Origin: Peribolospora baueri
Lineage: Eukaryota
DNA length: 64,000 nt
Reading direction: 5' to 3'
NCBI GenBank assembly: GCA_029717555.1
Contig: JAMDHS010000091.1
Location: 1 to 64,000 of the forward strand
The notes under the pieces were generated by a model that saw nothing but the letters and a program-made list of their open reading frames with translations, had not been told where the DNA came from and did no database searches. Below, in pieces: positions 1-13,375 of this stretch (its first letter is position 1; each line of letters begins with the position of its first letter). A program made the position numbers and the translations under genes.

Positions 1-171
1 TTTTTTTCCTTCTGCCGTTTCATAGGAACATTGCGTCCGACTTCCGTCGCGTCGTGTCTTGATCGTCTAGCACCCCGAGCTTCTAACTCTAGTAGCGATC
101 GCTCGTTTCTATCCGTCCGTCCGTTTCCCTCTCGTCTCGCCTCGTCTCGCCTCGCCGCGCTTGACCTAGCT

Positions 172-1202
172 CTAGTTATTCTCCTTGGCAATCTCCGAAG
201 AGGTCGGCTCGGGCTCGCCGAGCACGGCGACTTTTTCGAGTGGCTCGAGGATCGCGTCTTCGTCGTCCATTGAGCGGAAGGTGAACAGGCGTACCTCGGC
301 GTTGTTCCACGGCTGCCGACGACGGAGGAAAAGGGGGTGAGTGAGTGAGTGAGCGGGAGGCGAGGCTTCCGAGCGCAGAGTGGACCAATAACTCACGACG
401 AGGTGCCTGCCGGCCATGTACCTGAGAATGTCGCCGTGGGCGACGAACACAATGTCCTCCTCCGGCCTGTCCCTGAACCACCTCCGAAGCCACTTACCCC
501 TGGCGTGCAGGCTCTCGACGTCGGATGCCCAAAAGCCTTTCTTGGACGTCCAGTCGGGGTACTCCCTGAGGAGGGAGAAGTCGACACCAGCGAATTCGGG
601 GTCGGCTTCGAGAACGGAAACGTCCGAGCCGGTGTCGCAGGGGTAGGCGTTTGCTTCCTGGAGCTGGGGCAAGGCAATGGGCACCGGGTTTTTGCCTTCA
701 GCGCGGAGGCGGGCGATGAGCTGCGGGTAGCCGAGGAGCGTGGTCTGAAGGGTACGCTTCAGCGGCGACGTCACGAGCAGCTGCGCGCCGCCGGGGCCTT
801 GGATCGCCTCCGTCTTGCTGGGCAGCTCAGTGGCTTGCTGGCGTCCGAGAGCCGTGAGAGGCGCGTCGTGGACTGGGGCAGGAAAGTGGAAGGCGGGGTA
901 GTGGTGTGGGGTGGCGAAAGGGCAAACGGGTTCAGTCGTTTGGTCCGATGGCGCCGGGGAGAGATGGCCTGGCTGCGCATGACCTGTGGCTATCCAATTC
1001 CACGCGATCGACCGCTCCATCGTTCACCGAGCATGGCCACTCACTCTCATAGTTGTTGTTGACGTTATGCTCGGCCTGAGCGTGGCGGCTGCAAGTGTGG
1101 AAGAGAAAGGCGGGCGGTGAGAGGGTGGAAACGTGGGTGAGAAGGGCCTGTGGTCCGATCGAACGGGAGAAACGCTCACGTCATGTAGAGACGCTTGGGC
1201 AT
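172..1202 (-). CDS. Histidine phosphatase / phosphoglycerate mutase-like protein (spliced)
   Basis: Manual splicing from ATG at 1202 gives MPKRLYMT|RHAQAEHN (catalytic RHG-like motif); later exons give DAPLTALGRQQA, LVTSPLKRTLQT and FVAHGDILR; stop at 172. Confidence 0.85.
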
Positions 1203-1355
1203 GGTCGGCGACGAAGGGACGGCCTTGGAGGGGATAAGGCGAGTCGAGCAGAGGAGGGGAGTGAGGAGTAGGTGGTAGAGCGGAGAAGAAGGAAATGAAA
1301 TGGAAAGACGTCGGCGGTGGACCAAGGTTAAGAAGGAAGGGGGAAAATCGAGTCA

Positions 1356-1380
1356 GGCACGTGACTCACGTGTACGTGCC
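1356..1380. promoter_or_regulatory. Composite CACGTG / TGACTCA element in the divergent phosphatase-ALG6 intergenic region
   Basis: GGCACGTGACTCACGTGTACGTGCC has CACGTG at 1358 and 1367, TGACTCA at 1362, and inverted ends GGCACGT...ACGTGCC. Confidence 0.35.
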
Positions 1381-1981
1381 TTGTCACCTCGCTTGCCATT
1401 CCTGAACGTGCGGGCACAGACGAGGAAACTGGAGAGCATGCCATACCGTCCCTGCAAACAGGAGCAGCTCGTGGAGTAGCGGCTCGCGAAGTAGCCGTTC
1501 GTGGGCATCCATCGCCTGCTCTCCGTCGTGGCCCCGCGGTGAGCGTCTCAGCATGGACATGTTCGCGGACGGGCCGTGCTGGCATTCATGCGCGAGCGAG
1601 GCAAGAAGGCCACGGTCGTCCTGTCCTGTCCTACCCGCTGCGCCTCCGCCCTCGACCTCAGCCCGGGGTATGAGCGAGATAACGATGTCTTCTGCATGGA
1701 ATTAGTATTGCGCCCAAGGAACGACGGACTAGGGTAGATAGATAGCTTACGGACGATGTCCGCCCGGCCTCGGTGGTACAATCCTCAGCGCACCCTCCCA
1801 AAAGTGCACGTTAACCCTAACATTCGTGCACTTTTGGGAGGGTGCGCTGAAGATTGTCTCGGTGGTGGTGGTAGTTCCCGTGCGAGCGTGCGACTGCGGC
1901 GGCCACGGGCATCGGCCCGCTGACGGCGGTTAAGATCAGCGTCAGCGTCCACGTCCGCGTCCTGACCGCCCGGCGACGACC

Positions 1982-4900
1982 ATGTTCGCTCGTCAAAGCG
2001 GCTCGCAACGCTCGGACCACAGCCGCGGCCAGGGCCAACAGAGGCAGAGGCAGAGGCTCCTGTCTCGTCCTTCCGTCGCCAACGTCTCCGACGCTTACGA
2101 TAACCACGCCAGCACGGACAGCGACCCGGAGGAGCTCCAGCTGATCGCCCCGCGACCGCGCTACGCCTCGGTCGCCTCGGCCGCCTCCTTCAACTCGGCC
2201 ACCTCTTCCGTCCTCCTTCCCTCTCCCCAGCACTATTCACACCCGTACCCGTCTCATCATGCCGGCGGAATGTCGTCTGGCGAGCGACAGGCGCACTGGA
2301 GGAGCGCCGCCGATTCCCAACCCGGCAGCGGGGTGGCCAGCAGGAGGCACACCACCAGCACCACTAGCGGCGCCGGCTCTGGGTTCTACCGCCAGAAGCA
2401 GCGCGCGGCGGAGCATCTGCATCACCGTTCGGTGCCGTTCCCTTCGTTTGGATCGGCAGTGGACGGAGCGGACCTAGACGGGGAGGCGGAGAAAGACTGG
2501 ACAATGGTGGGCACGATGACGCACGCTCGCCTCCCCTTCCCCACCTTGTCGCCCGCGCCGTCCGAAGTCGACGAGGGCGCCTCATCTGGACCCCCTCCGC
2601 CTCCTCAGAGTCCGGGTGAGAGCTCCACTCGGGTGCGCTCCACGTCTATCGCCGCGTCCGCCTCCTCCGCTTCCCAACCCCAAAAGCAAGGACAGAGAGG
2701 CGTGCTCTTTCCCGCTCCGGCCGCAAAGGGCCTTCTCCGCGGAACGACGACGACAGCGGCGGGGGGAATGGGTGGCTACGATAGCATGGCCCGGCGGTGG
2801 GTCCGGTGGATGGCCCACTCCGGACTCCGCTCATGGACTCTGCCCTTGACCGTCGCTTTCGCCGTTTGGGTGAGGTGGGCCGCCGGGCTGGGAGGGTATT
2901 CGGGTGAGATTTTCGTCCTAATCCTCTTGCAATGACAGGCAGCGCGGTGGACCGCGAGTTGGTTTGGTGAGCTGACCCTCCTCTCTACCCCTACTACCCT
3001 CCATCCCATCGCAGGAATGGGCAGCCCGCCGATGTACGGCGACTACGAGGCACAGCGGCACTGGATGGAGGTCGTGCTCCACGTTCCGATCGGAGAGTGG
3101 TACTACTACGACCTGCCCTATTGGGGGCTCGATTATCCACCCTTGACGGCCTATGTCAGCTATGTTTGTGCGCTCGCGTGAGTCCCCTCGCGTCAGCGAG
3201 GTTCTCAAGGATACCTGTGGCTTCCATGACCGCTCACCCTCGTCCTTCTCATTCGTCCTCGGCTCCAGCGCATACTTCGTCCACCCCGACATGGTGGCGT
3301 TGACCTCCTCTCGAGGCTTCGAGTCCCCCGAGAGCAAGGTTTTCATGCGCGCCAGCGTCCTCGTCCTCGACCTCTTGCTCTACTTCCCCGCCGTGTATTG
3401 GTGCATCGAACGGAGATGGGCTCGAAGGAGTCGCAGAACCAAGGTAAGCGTCCGATCTAAGCTCCTCATCACTCCCGTCACGAACACAGGCTCAACTTTC
3501 TTTCCTCCAACATGACATCTCGCAGAGCATCGCCGCCCTCACCATCCTCCTTCAGCCAGCGCTCATCATTGTCGATCACGGTCACTTCCAGTACAATAGT
3601 GTCATGCTCGGACTTTCTCTTCTCTCCTTCGCAGCTCTTCACCATGCCTCCTCCGCTCTTCCCCTGTCCACGCTCTCCTCCGCGCCGGTCGATCAACTCG
3701 CCTCGGCGTATAACGCGGTCGTGCGTTCGGAGAACGTCGCCGTACTCTTAGCGGCCGTCTTTTTCGTCCTCTCCCTCGGCTTCAAACAGATGGCATTGTA
3801 CTATGCGCCTGCCGTGTTCGCGGCGATGCTAGGAAGGTGCTTCGGTCTCGGCATTGGCAACGGGTGAGCTCGCTCGTTCGTCCACTCACTAGCTAGCCAG
3901 GATTCTGACTGATCGTGGCGCTCAATGCACTTTGCTCCCCCTCCGCGCCATGGCCCGCCAGATTCAAGCTTTTCGTCCAACTCGCCGTCGTCACTCTCCT
4001 CACATTCGCCGCCCTCTTTTCACCCTTTTTGACCTCGGTCGAGGCTATTTTACAGGTCGTCCATCGCATCTTTCCCCTCGCTCGAGGCCTCTTCGAGGAC
4101 AAGGTGCGTGCGAGGGTCGGGCTACTGTGATCGGAAGGATAGGAGGGTCTCATCCTCGTCTTCGTGTCGGCACCATCGATTTACAGGTCGCCAATTTCTG
4201 GTGTGCGCTCAACGTCGTGATCAAGCTTCGCCACTTCCTCACCATCTCGTCGGCCACTCGTCTGTCTATGGCGCTCACGCTCGCAGCCATCCTCCCGTCT
4301 TGTATTCACCTGTTCCGCATCGCCATGATCACGACTCGGAGGGAGCGACGAGAACGAGAGAGAACGCTGGAGAGCGTCAAGGAGAGGCGGACGTCGGCTG
4401 ATAGGAGCTCGTCGCCATTGCGAGAGCGCGTTCAGGGTGCACCGATGATCAACGCCATCCCCCCTACGCCGCCTTCCAAGAGCAGAGGTGTGAACAGCTG
4501 CTCCTCGCCCACTGCGACTACCACAACTGCTGCTGCTGCTGCTGCCGCTCCCCCTCCAGAGCCGAACTCGACGGCCCTACTTCTGCCATACGCCCTTTTC
4601 AACGTATCGATGGCCTTTTTCCTGTTCTCCTTTCAAGTGCACGAGAAAAGCATCCTCTTGCCCCTCCTTCCCTCCGTCCTGCTCATGGGAGGCAAAGGGG
4701 GTGCGTACGAAGGCGGCGGGCAAGGCACAGAAGGCGAGCAGGAGTGGGAGTGGGGCGCGTTGCTTCATAACGTCGGCATGTTCAGGTGAGTTGAGATGAG
4801 AATTTGCTGGACTGCATGAGCGCCATTCGTTAGTACTGGCATCACACGTCGACCTCGTCCCGTTTGCGATGCTGACTTTTTGCATTTGTTTTTTTTTTCG

Positions 4901-5494
4901 CTTCTGCCGCTCGTGTTCTGCATTCATCCGCCAAGCATGTGGCCCTTGCTTGGGCGGGACCATCAAGGCCTGCAGTACGTCGCTCTCACCCTGTTTTGGA
5001 ACTACATGATCGGCTACAACCCTTTCAAGCTCCGAGGATGGTTTGTCAAGCGCTTGAGCTTGGTGAGGGCCGGAGCGGTGATGGCGGGATTGGACTCGGT
5101 GTGATACTGACGCTTTGGCCCATTCGCGCCTCCGTCACGCTATCACCACACGCAGGCGACGTACGCGGCCATCCTGACGTTGCACTTGGCCGAGCTCGTC
5201 GGGAATGCTCCGGCGAGGTATCCGGACCTGTACCCGGTGCTCAACGTGCTCGTATGCGTGCCCGTGTTTGGCCTTGCTTGGCTGTGGGGCCTTAAGCGAC
5301 AACTCGAGGTCGGATGGGGCTTGGGCGTCTGGAGGGGCGGGAGCGGGCGGTCGAAGAAGGCGAGGGAGATGGTGAAGACGGGAGAGGGGGACACGACCAA
5401 GGTCGCCGGTGGTGGCGGTGGTGGTGGCGGTGCCGGAAGCGACCGTCGGTCGCGCTCGCATTTCTTCGTAGTTCCTGCACTCGTAGCGAACTAA
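1982..5494 (+). CDS. ALG6: Dolichyl-PP-Man9GlcNAc2 alpha-1,3-glucosyltransferase (ALG6/ALG8 family), spliced
   Basis: Motifs PPMYGDYEAQRHWME, YWGLDYPPLTAY, DHGHFQYNSVMLG, FKQMALYYAP, FPLARGLFEDKVANFWC and FSFQVHEKSILLP across GT-AG exons. The start codon is uncertain because of a long low-complexity N-terminus. Confidence 0.92.
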
Positions 5495-5967
5495 TCCATG
5501 TAGGGCGGGGGGGGGGGAGATGATGTATAGTGACGGGCAACATGATGACGCTCTCCTACCGATGGCAGAAGTAGAGCAGGCCTTGGCATCCATCCATCTA
5601 TCTCTCCTCTCCGACGCGAACCAACCAACCAACGTCTTCTTATCTGGAGTCGATGCTCGATCGGAGCCCCGGACCGTGAAGGAGCGCGAGCCCATCATCC
5701 TGTTTCGGGGAGGAGAGGGCAGAAGAAGGATGGACGTACGATACACGACGCCGTTGCCGTTGCATTGGCTTGGCTTGGCTGATTGCAGTGCCGTTCCGTT
5801 TCCATAGCTAGTCAGTTCCCGTAACTTGTTCCTGTTGGTCTTTCGAGGCCAATGGATGGCCGAGCCGGCCTGCCTTGGCCTTGTCTGTCCGCCGCCTGCG
5901 ACGCCTGCTTCACTCCATCCACCCATCCACCCTCCTTTCGACCGCTGAGTGGAGCGAGCGGCGAGGC

Positions 5968-6012
5968 GACGACGACGACGACGACAAGGACGACGACAAG
6001 GACGACGACAAG
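5968..6012. repeat. (GAC)n / GACGACGACAAG tandem repeat
   Basis: About six GAC units followed by AAGGACGACGAC units, in intergenic DNA upstream of the MAPKK. Confidence 0.8.
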
Positions 6013-6355
6013 GACCACAACGACACGCCCAACCGGACCAAATTAACGAGTCGGACGGACGCGTTCTGCGGGTGACCCTAACTTGGGCGAGCCGAGCGTC
6101 GTTGGTCGGACCGCGCGCGTGTGTCGACCAACGCCTTCCCGCCGTCGACCACCACCACAGACGAACGACGTCTGCACTCTTCCTCGCTTTCCTTCCTTCC
6201 TTCTTTCCCGACGCCGTCCCTTAGACGCCCTCCACCGCCCCCTCTCTCGACCGCCGCAGCCCCCGTCCGTCGTCCTCGCTTTGCCCCTCCCGCCCTCGCC
6301 CCGCTCATCGACCCCTTCCCTCCCTCTTTCCCCCCGTCCCTTGGCGCCGACGACA

Positions 6356-8299
6356 ATGGCCAGCGTGCGCAAGAAGCGAAACTTCAAGGGCCTCGCGCTG
6401 GACGCCTCCCCTCTGGCCGCCTCTCCCGCCGGCGAGGCCGCGGGCATAGCGGCTGGCGCGCCCCGCGTCAGCGCGGCCATGACGCCCGGCGGGACGAACC
6501 TGGCGATGAAGCCGCCGGCGAGCGCTGTGTCGAGCGCGACGACGACCGGCGGCGGAAAGAGGACGAGCAACTACCACAACAAGCTCACCGAACAGCTCGC
6601 CAGCCTTGAGCTCGGCGTCGAGTACAAGCTCGACCTCAAGAACGAGGACCTCACCACTTTGAACGAGCTTGGCGCCGGTAATGGGGGGACGGTGACCAAG
6701 GCGAGTCGACGTCGCCTTCGTTTCCTTTCCTCCTATCTTTCCTTTTGTCTTCTACTCGTTCGCTGGTCTGAGATGGAGGTAGCCGGCGCTTGAGCTTTAC
6801 AGAGGGACGGGAAAGCCAGCTTTGGGATCGTTCCCCCGGCCGAGTGAGCTCACGTCCCGTACGCTGGCCTTGCGTTCTTCATGTCTCCAGGTGATGCACG
6901 AGAAGAGCAAGACGATCATGGCGAAAAAGGTGCGCAACCGCTATCGGCTCTCGAGAGCGTCACTGGCCTTTGGCGCGGGCGGGTCCTTTATCAGACACAT
7001 TCACTTCACCTTGCACCCCCGTCGCCTCTTCTCTCTGTCTGCCAGGTCATCTTCATCGACGCCAAACCAACGGTGCGCAAGCAGATCCTCCGCGAGCTAC
7101 AGATCATGCACGACTGCAATTCCAAGTACATCGTCAGTTTTTACGGAGCCTACCTGTCCGAACCCCATATTTGCTTGTGCATGGAGTATATGGACAAGGG
7201 GTGAGCAACATTTGTCCCCGCCTGTCTCTCGGCGATAGAAAAGGTTCGTCTCCTTTGCAGTTGGGCTTACGGCACATCTTCGGACTTGCTTTCGCTACGC
7301 CGTGCAGGTCATTAGACACAATCTACAAGCGATACGGTCCGATCGAGGTAGACATCATCGGCCGCATCGTGACTGTGGTATTGGAAGGGTTGACGTACCT
7401 CTACGATAAACACCGGATCATCCACCGAGGTGAGCCTCCAAGCAGATGGATCCAGGACCGATGCAGCGCAGCGCAGGACGTCCGCTCACTTAGACCTTCC
7501 TTCTTTCCGACTGTCAGACGTGAAGCCGTCTAACATCTTGGTGAACAGCCAGGGGCAGATCAAAATTTGCGACTTTGGTGTGTCCGGCGAGCTGATCAAC
7601 TCGATTGCGGACACGTTCGTTGGAACGAGCACATACATGAGCGTGAGTCGTGCGGGATGGCTGCATAGATCATTGGAGAGTCCACGTGTCTCACGCGCGC
7701 GCCCCCGTCTTTGCTCGTGCTCGACCAGCCGGAGCGAATTCAAGGCGACCAGTACAGTGTCAAGTCCGACGTTTGGTCTCTGGGCATCTCTGTCATCGAG
7801 CTCGCCTGTGGCCGTTTCCCGTTCGCTGGAGAGGACGACTCGGACTTGTCCGACGCGGACCACGGCACGCTCTCGCCGACTCGGCCGACGCCAGCGTCCA
7901 TAGAGGCGGCGAAGGAGAAGGAGCGAAAGCGGAGAAGCAAGGGTGGAGTGAGCTTGGCGGGCAGCGCGCAGCAGATGAGCATCCTCGACCTCCTCCAACA
8001 CATCGTCAACGAACCTGCTCCCAAGCTGCCGGAAGGCAAGTTCTCGACGTCGATGGAGGACTTTGTTGACAGGTGTTTGCTCAAGGACCCGGCGGAGAGG
8101 GAGACGCCAAAGGAGCTTTTGGTGAGGATTAGCTCGGGACGTTCGTGTGATGAGAATGTTTTATATTGCCCTCGTCCGGCCGCGCTCATGCTGTCGGCTC
8201 TTCTCCCTACTCCACCCCCCGACACAGAAACACCCATTCGTCATTCAGTCGGAGGAGAAGAGAGTCGACGTGAAAGCATGGACGGACTCTCTGACCTGA
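6356..8299 (+). CDS. fuz7: MAP kinase kinase, Ste7/Byr1/Fuz7 orthologue (spliced)
   Basis: N-terminal docking-like [71 protein letters not shown] and DVWSLG; the last exon ends KAWTDSLT*. Confidence 0.93.
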
Positions 8300-9099
8300 A
8301 ACCGTCCATGCCTCCCCTTCCATCATTTGTCACCCACCTCGGGATCGGATCGCTGGATTTTTTGGCCTATGTCGTTCACTGCCTCTGAAGGTTCTCCCCG
8401 CGACGGCCGGCCTCCACACGCGGTCGAGCTCCTTCTCCATATTCTCCCCTTCATCATCTCCCTCGTCGTGGTCTAGTCGCTGGCTGGCCTGTATACCTAG
8501 GACATCCCATCCTGGCCACCACCGCATTACCTACTTCCCTTCTTGCCGCCTCGAACTACCTCCCTCGACCTGCCCCCCATCTCCGTCTCGTTCGTCTAAG
8601 CCTCCAAGCTTCCACCCCCCCCCCTTTTTTTTCCTCTCTGTCTCTCTCTTCAGGCATGTCTCGACAAGTATTCGGCTCGTCTCGCTCGAGTTACGCGGAT
8701 ACGCCGGCGGATGCACGTAGTTTTGATGAATCGCGACCATCTTTCCCCTTGTTTCGTTCGTTGGTATCTCTCCTCTCGTCCGCCTCGCGTCGTTCCGTTC
8801 CGTCCCACGAGCGTGTGAAGGGCCCGCCGCTCGTTGACTGGCGATGTGAGCTAACCGACGCCGACGCCACGCCCATCCTTTTTAGCGGTGGTAGGGGGAC
8901 ATGAGGTTCCATTACCGATGGTAAACGGGACGCGAAAGATTCGTTAAGGTGATGGTGGTACACGCGGTAGAGAAAGAAAACAACCAGGAGAAAGACGAGC
9001 CAGATGTATAGAAGGAGAAAAGAAAAAGACGATGTGGTGTACAATGCCCGAGACCGATACGAGAAGGGGGGATGCGGAATAAGCGAGCCAAGGGTCGCT

Positions 9100-12000
9100 T
9101 CAACCGGAGCACATGACGCATCCCTCCGGGTTTTCGCGCGAGCACATCAGCTTCTCCGCCTCGTAGTCGGCCCTCTCCTTCTCCTCACGCCTCCTCACAG
9201 CGGCGGCAAAGCCCTCGTCGACCTCGACGGCGGGCGTCGCAGGCGACGTGTGGCCACTAGAGGACACCGAGGGGGTGAGAACGTCTGCTGAAAGTGTCCC
9301 GTTCTTCTGCTGGGTGACTGGCCTGCCCGGCCCATCTTCATGGACGGAGGCGTTGATGGCCATGGCTCCGACGCCGTCGGCGAGGCGATTCACAGAGCCG
9401 TTGCCAGCGGTCACCACCTCGGGAGCTGCGGACGACTGATCAGACTTGTCCTTCACCTTCGCCTCCTCAAGTAGATCGGCGGAGATGGTGAACTGAATGG
9501 CCTGCGCGGCGGGCTTGGTGCGGATATAGTAAGAGCCCGTCTTCAGACCCTTTCGCCAGCCGTAGAAGTGCATCGACGTGAGCTGGCCAAACGTCGGGCT
9601 GGCGAGGTGAATGTTGAGCGACTGGCTCTGACAGATGAACGCTCCACGGTCGGCAGCCATGTCGATGATGACCTTCTGGGAGATCTCCCAGACCGTCTTG
9701 TAGAGCTTCTTCAGGTCTTCCGGCATGCCGGGGACTGCAAAGAGTTAATGAAAGGAAGAAAGTGAGAAGGCGTGCAGGCAAATAGACGACTCTCAGACAT
9801 GCTCGACTCACTCTGCTGAACGCTGCCGTTGTGGGCGATGATCCTATCTTTCATGGTGTCGTTCCACAGACCACGGTCGACGAGGTCGCGAAGCAGCCAT
9901 GGGTTGACGACCTGGAACTCGCCTGCGAGCACGCGGCGGGTGTAGATGTTGCTCGTGTAAGGCTCGAAGCACTCGTTGAAGCCGAGAATCTGCGACGTGG
10001 ACGCGGTCGGCATGGGCGCTACGAGGAGCGAGTTGCGGAGGCCATGCTTGGCGATCTTTTCCTTGAGCTCCGGCCAATCCCACAGGTCGGACGGCGTAAC
10101 GTTCCACAAGTCGTACTGGAGCATGCCCTTGCTGGCAGGAGAGCCTTCATAGGTAGAGTACGAGCCCTGGATCTCAGCGAGCTCGGTGGACGCCTCGAGG
10201 GCGGCGTGGTAGATGGTCTCGAAAATCTGGATGTTGAGCTTCTTTGCCTCCGGCGAGTCGAAAGGCATGCGCAGGGCCATGAACGCATCAGCGAGACCCT
10301 GGACGCCCAAGCCGATGGGGCGGTGTCGCATGTTCGAGTTGCGAGCCTCCTCAACGGGATAATAGTTGATCTGTCGAGATGCGTCGAATAGATGGATGTG
10401 AGTACGACGTGAGACCGTATCACACCTCGATGGCGGTCGGTCTACTCACATCAATGATCTTGTTCAAGTTCTTCGTGACGACCTTGGTAACATCGTGAAG
10501 CCTCTGGAAGTTATACTCGCCGTCGGTGATGAAAGTGGGCAGGGCGAGCGAGGCGAGGTTGCAAACGGCAACCTCATCGGGTGCGCTGTACTCGACGATC
10601 TCAGTGCAGAGGTTGGAGGACTTGATCGTACCAAGGTTCTGCTGGTTCGACTTGCGGTTGCAGGCGTCCTTGTAGAGCATGAAAGGATTGCCCGTCTCGG
10701 TCTGCGCCTCGAGAATCGCGTACCAGAGCTTTTGGGCAGAAACGACACGCTTGGCCCTTCCCTCGGCCTCATATTTGGTGAAGAGCTGCTCGAACTCCTC
10801 GCCGAAAGTCTCGTGAAGGTCAGGCGCCTCGGCGGGGCAGAACAGAGGCCATTCGCCATTCTCCTCCACGCGACGCATGAAAAGGTCGGGGATCCAGAGA
10901 GCGAAGAAGAGGTCACGAGCGCGAACCTCCTCCTTGCCATGGTTTTTGCGGAGATCGAGGAACTCGAACACGTCGGCGTGCCACGGTTCGAGATAGATGG
11001 CGAAAGCGCCAGGACGCTTGTTGCCACCCTGGTCAACGTAGCGGGCGGTGTTGTTGTACACGCGAAGCATGGGAACAATGCCGTTAGAGTATCCATTGGT
11101 GCCAGCGATGTAGGAGCCCGTGGCTCGGATGCAGTGAATGTTAAGGCCGATGCCACCGGCCGTCTTCGAGATCATGGCGCAAGTCTTGAGGGTGTCGTAG
11201 ATGCCCTCAATCGAGTCGTCCTTCATGGTCACGAGGAAGCAGCTGGACATCTGCGGGTGAGGAGTGCCCGCGTTGAAGAGTGTCGGCGAAGCGTGTGTAA
11301 AGTAACGTTCGCTACCGGTTAAGAAATGAGCAAGTTAGCGTATGTTCTCGTATGAGACGAGTTTCGGACACGACCGCTTCGCCCCCCGATGCTGCTCTCA
11401 CCTCATCAAGTTGTACGTCTCGATTGCCTTCTCAACGTCCCGACCGTGGATACCGACAGCGACACGCATGAGCATTTGTTGCGGACGCTCAGCGACCTTG
11501 CCGTTAATACGCAAAAGATACGATCGCTCAAGGGTCTTGAAACCGAAGAAGTTCTGGATGACGCAAGAAACGTAGCGAGGGATCGATGGGCGCAAAGAAT
11601 GAGCCCACCGTCGCATGTCGACGTCAAGCAAAACAACCGAGGTCTGCTCACGTAGTGGAAGTCTCGTTCGTAGATGATGGCAGAATCGAGCAGCTCGGCA
11701 TTTTCCATAACGGCCTCGTAAGTCTCCTTACTGATCATCGGCGACAGCTTGCCGTTCTTTGGGTTGACTGGAAGTAGCATGGACAGGCGAAAGAGGTGTA
11801 AGTAAAATGACGGTCAAGTTCGCAGCGGCCCACCGACGCGCAACGAAGTGCTCACCATACGTGTAAAGGTCTTGGATGACATGAGAAAAGGTCTTCCTCG
11901 TCTCCTTGTGGAGATTGGAGATGGCGATTCGAGCAGCGAGGACAGCATAGTCAGGGTGCGAGGTGGTCTTATACGCCGCCGTCTCAGCGGCGAGATTGTC

Positions 12001-12437
12001 GAGCTCGACAGTGGTCACGCCGGAATAGACGCCGTTGATGACCTGAAAACGTGTCAGAAGATAGCAAAAAAGTTCAGGTTGACAGCGCGCGGCCTGGTCG
12101 CAGACGCGCATGTGCTTACCTTTCGCGTGATTTCGATGGGGTCGACGTGTTGGCTGTCAAGACCGTAGCACAACTTGGCCACACGGCTGCGACGGGAGGA
12201 AATGCAGAGATGTCAACGCGAACGCTCATGACTGATGGGATGGGAGGGATGCGGTGACGCGCCGACACTCACGACGTGACCTTGTCGAAGGCGATGCGCT
12301 CCTTGCGGCCGTCTGCAACGAGTGACCAAGGGGACGAGAGTGTAAGTTAAATAAGCAATAGCGTCACTACAAAAAGCAAACAGAGGGAGGAAAGAGGGGA
12401 CTAATGAAAGCTCACCGCGCTTGTATACGAAAGACAT
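9100..12437 (-). CDS. RNR1: Ribonucleoside-diphosphate reductase large subunit (class Ia), spliced
   Basis: ATP cone [62 protein letters not shown] and [14 protein letters not shown]-terminal CVMCSG. Confidence 0.98.
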
Positions 12438-12659
12438 GGTGAGAGTCTGCGTGGGTGAAGCGGTGGTGTCGGTGGCGAAAAGGAGAGTGTTGGGTGGCTT
12501 TTAAGGACGGCAATCAACCTTGGTGCTCGTGGTTTCCGAGAGTGAATGGGAGAGGAAAGAATGAAGGAACAGAGGAATGCGCAAGACGAGTGGTGATGGT
12601 TGATGCTTGGTGGGTCGTGGTGGGTGAGGGAGGAAAGGGAGGCGACGGGAAAAGAGAAG

Positions 12660-12795
12660 CGCGCGTTTAATAGGCGCGCAAATTGGTCGCGTCGGTTGCT
12701 CGGCTGGGCGCGTCGGGACGTCGGATCACCGACGCGTCGCGTCCGGACGACGCGCGTCGTGATCATCGTCGCGTACCCGCGGTCCGACGCGCGTC
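12660..12795. promoter_or_regulatory. Cluster of MCB-like (ACGCGT/CGCG) elements upstream of RNR1
   Basis: ACGCGT at 12732; palindromic GACGCGCGTC at 12749 and 12786; further CGCGT cores. All lie 220-360 bp upstream of the RNR1 ATG, and RNR1 is a classical MBF target in yeasts. Confidence 0.6.
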
Positions 12796-13375
12796 CGTTT
12801 AAGCCCCGCCAGCGCGACGGAGGTTCCGTTGAAGTTCTAAGGTTAGAGTATGTATGGTGCATACGGCAACTTCCTTTACGCCATCTCGACTGGGCCGAGT
12901 CGCCTGCGTCGATTGCCAAGGAGGGTGGGAAAGGTGCGAGGAGAGCGACCGTTGCGGGCAGCATCTACTCAAACCCGCGCGCAGCCGCGCCGCCAAGGAA
13001 GTCGAAGGAACTGAGTGTCAGCGCATGTCTCCATGGCTCTTCTAAGTGCGATTCACTTTATCGTTCCATCTCAGCCGGCGTTGAGCTGCAAAACTACGTC
13101 GAACGTGTGCAAGGCTCGAGTTGGACATGACGGACGAATGATCTTCCGTCTGGGAAAAGACAAAACGATGGTCCTTTGCACGATTCCCCAATCCTCCCAC
13201 GTACAATCATTCTCCCATCAAACGATCGTATACATAACGAGCCAAGTGCGGCCGCATTAGTTCGGAAACGTAACGTCGATGAAACTTTGGTCCTGGCGAA
13301 CGCCCATGTCCGGTTGGCAGGAACGTCAATGGTGCCCAGCCGGTACTCGCAGTCTCATTTTGCCCAATCCATTCT

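Noticed and set aside
349..1062. Long antisense or alternative-frame ORFs (also 10495-11322, 43518-44321, 60505-61224, 62683-63531)
   Set aside because: They are shadows of real genes on the opposite strand in GC-rich DNA and carry no motifs of their own.
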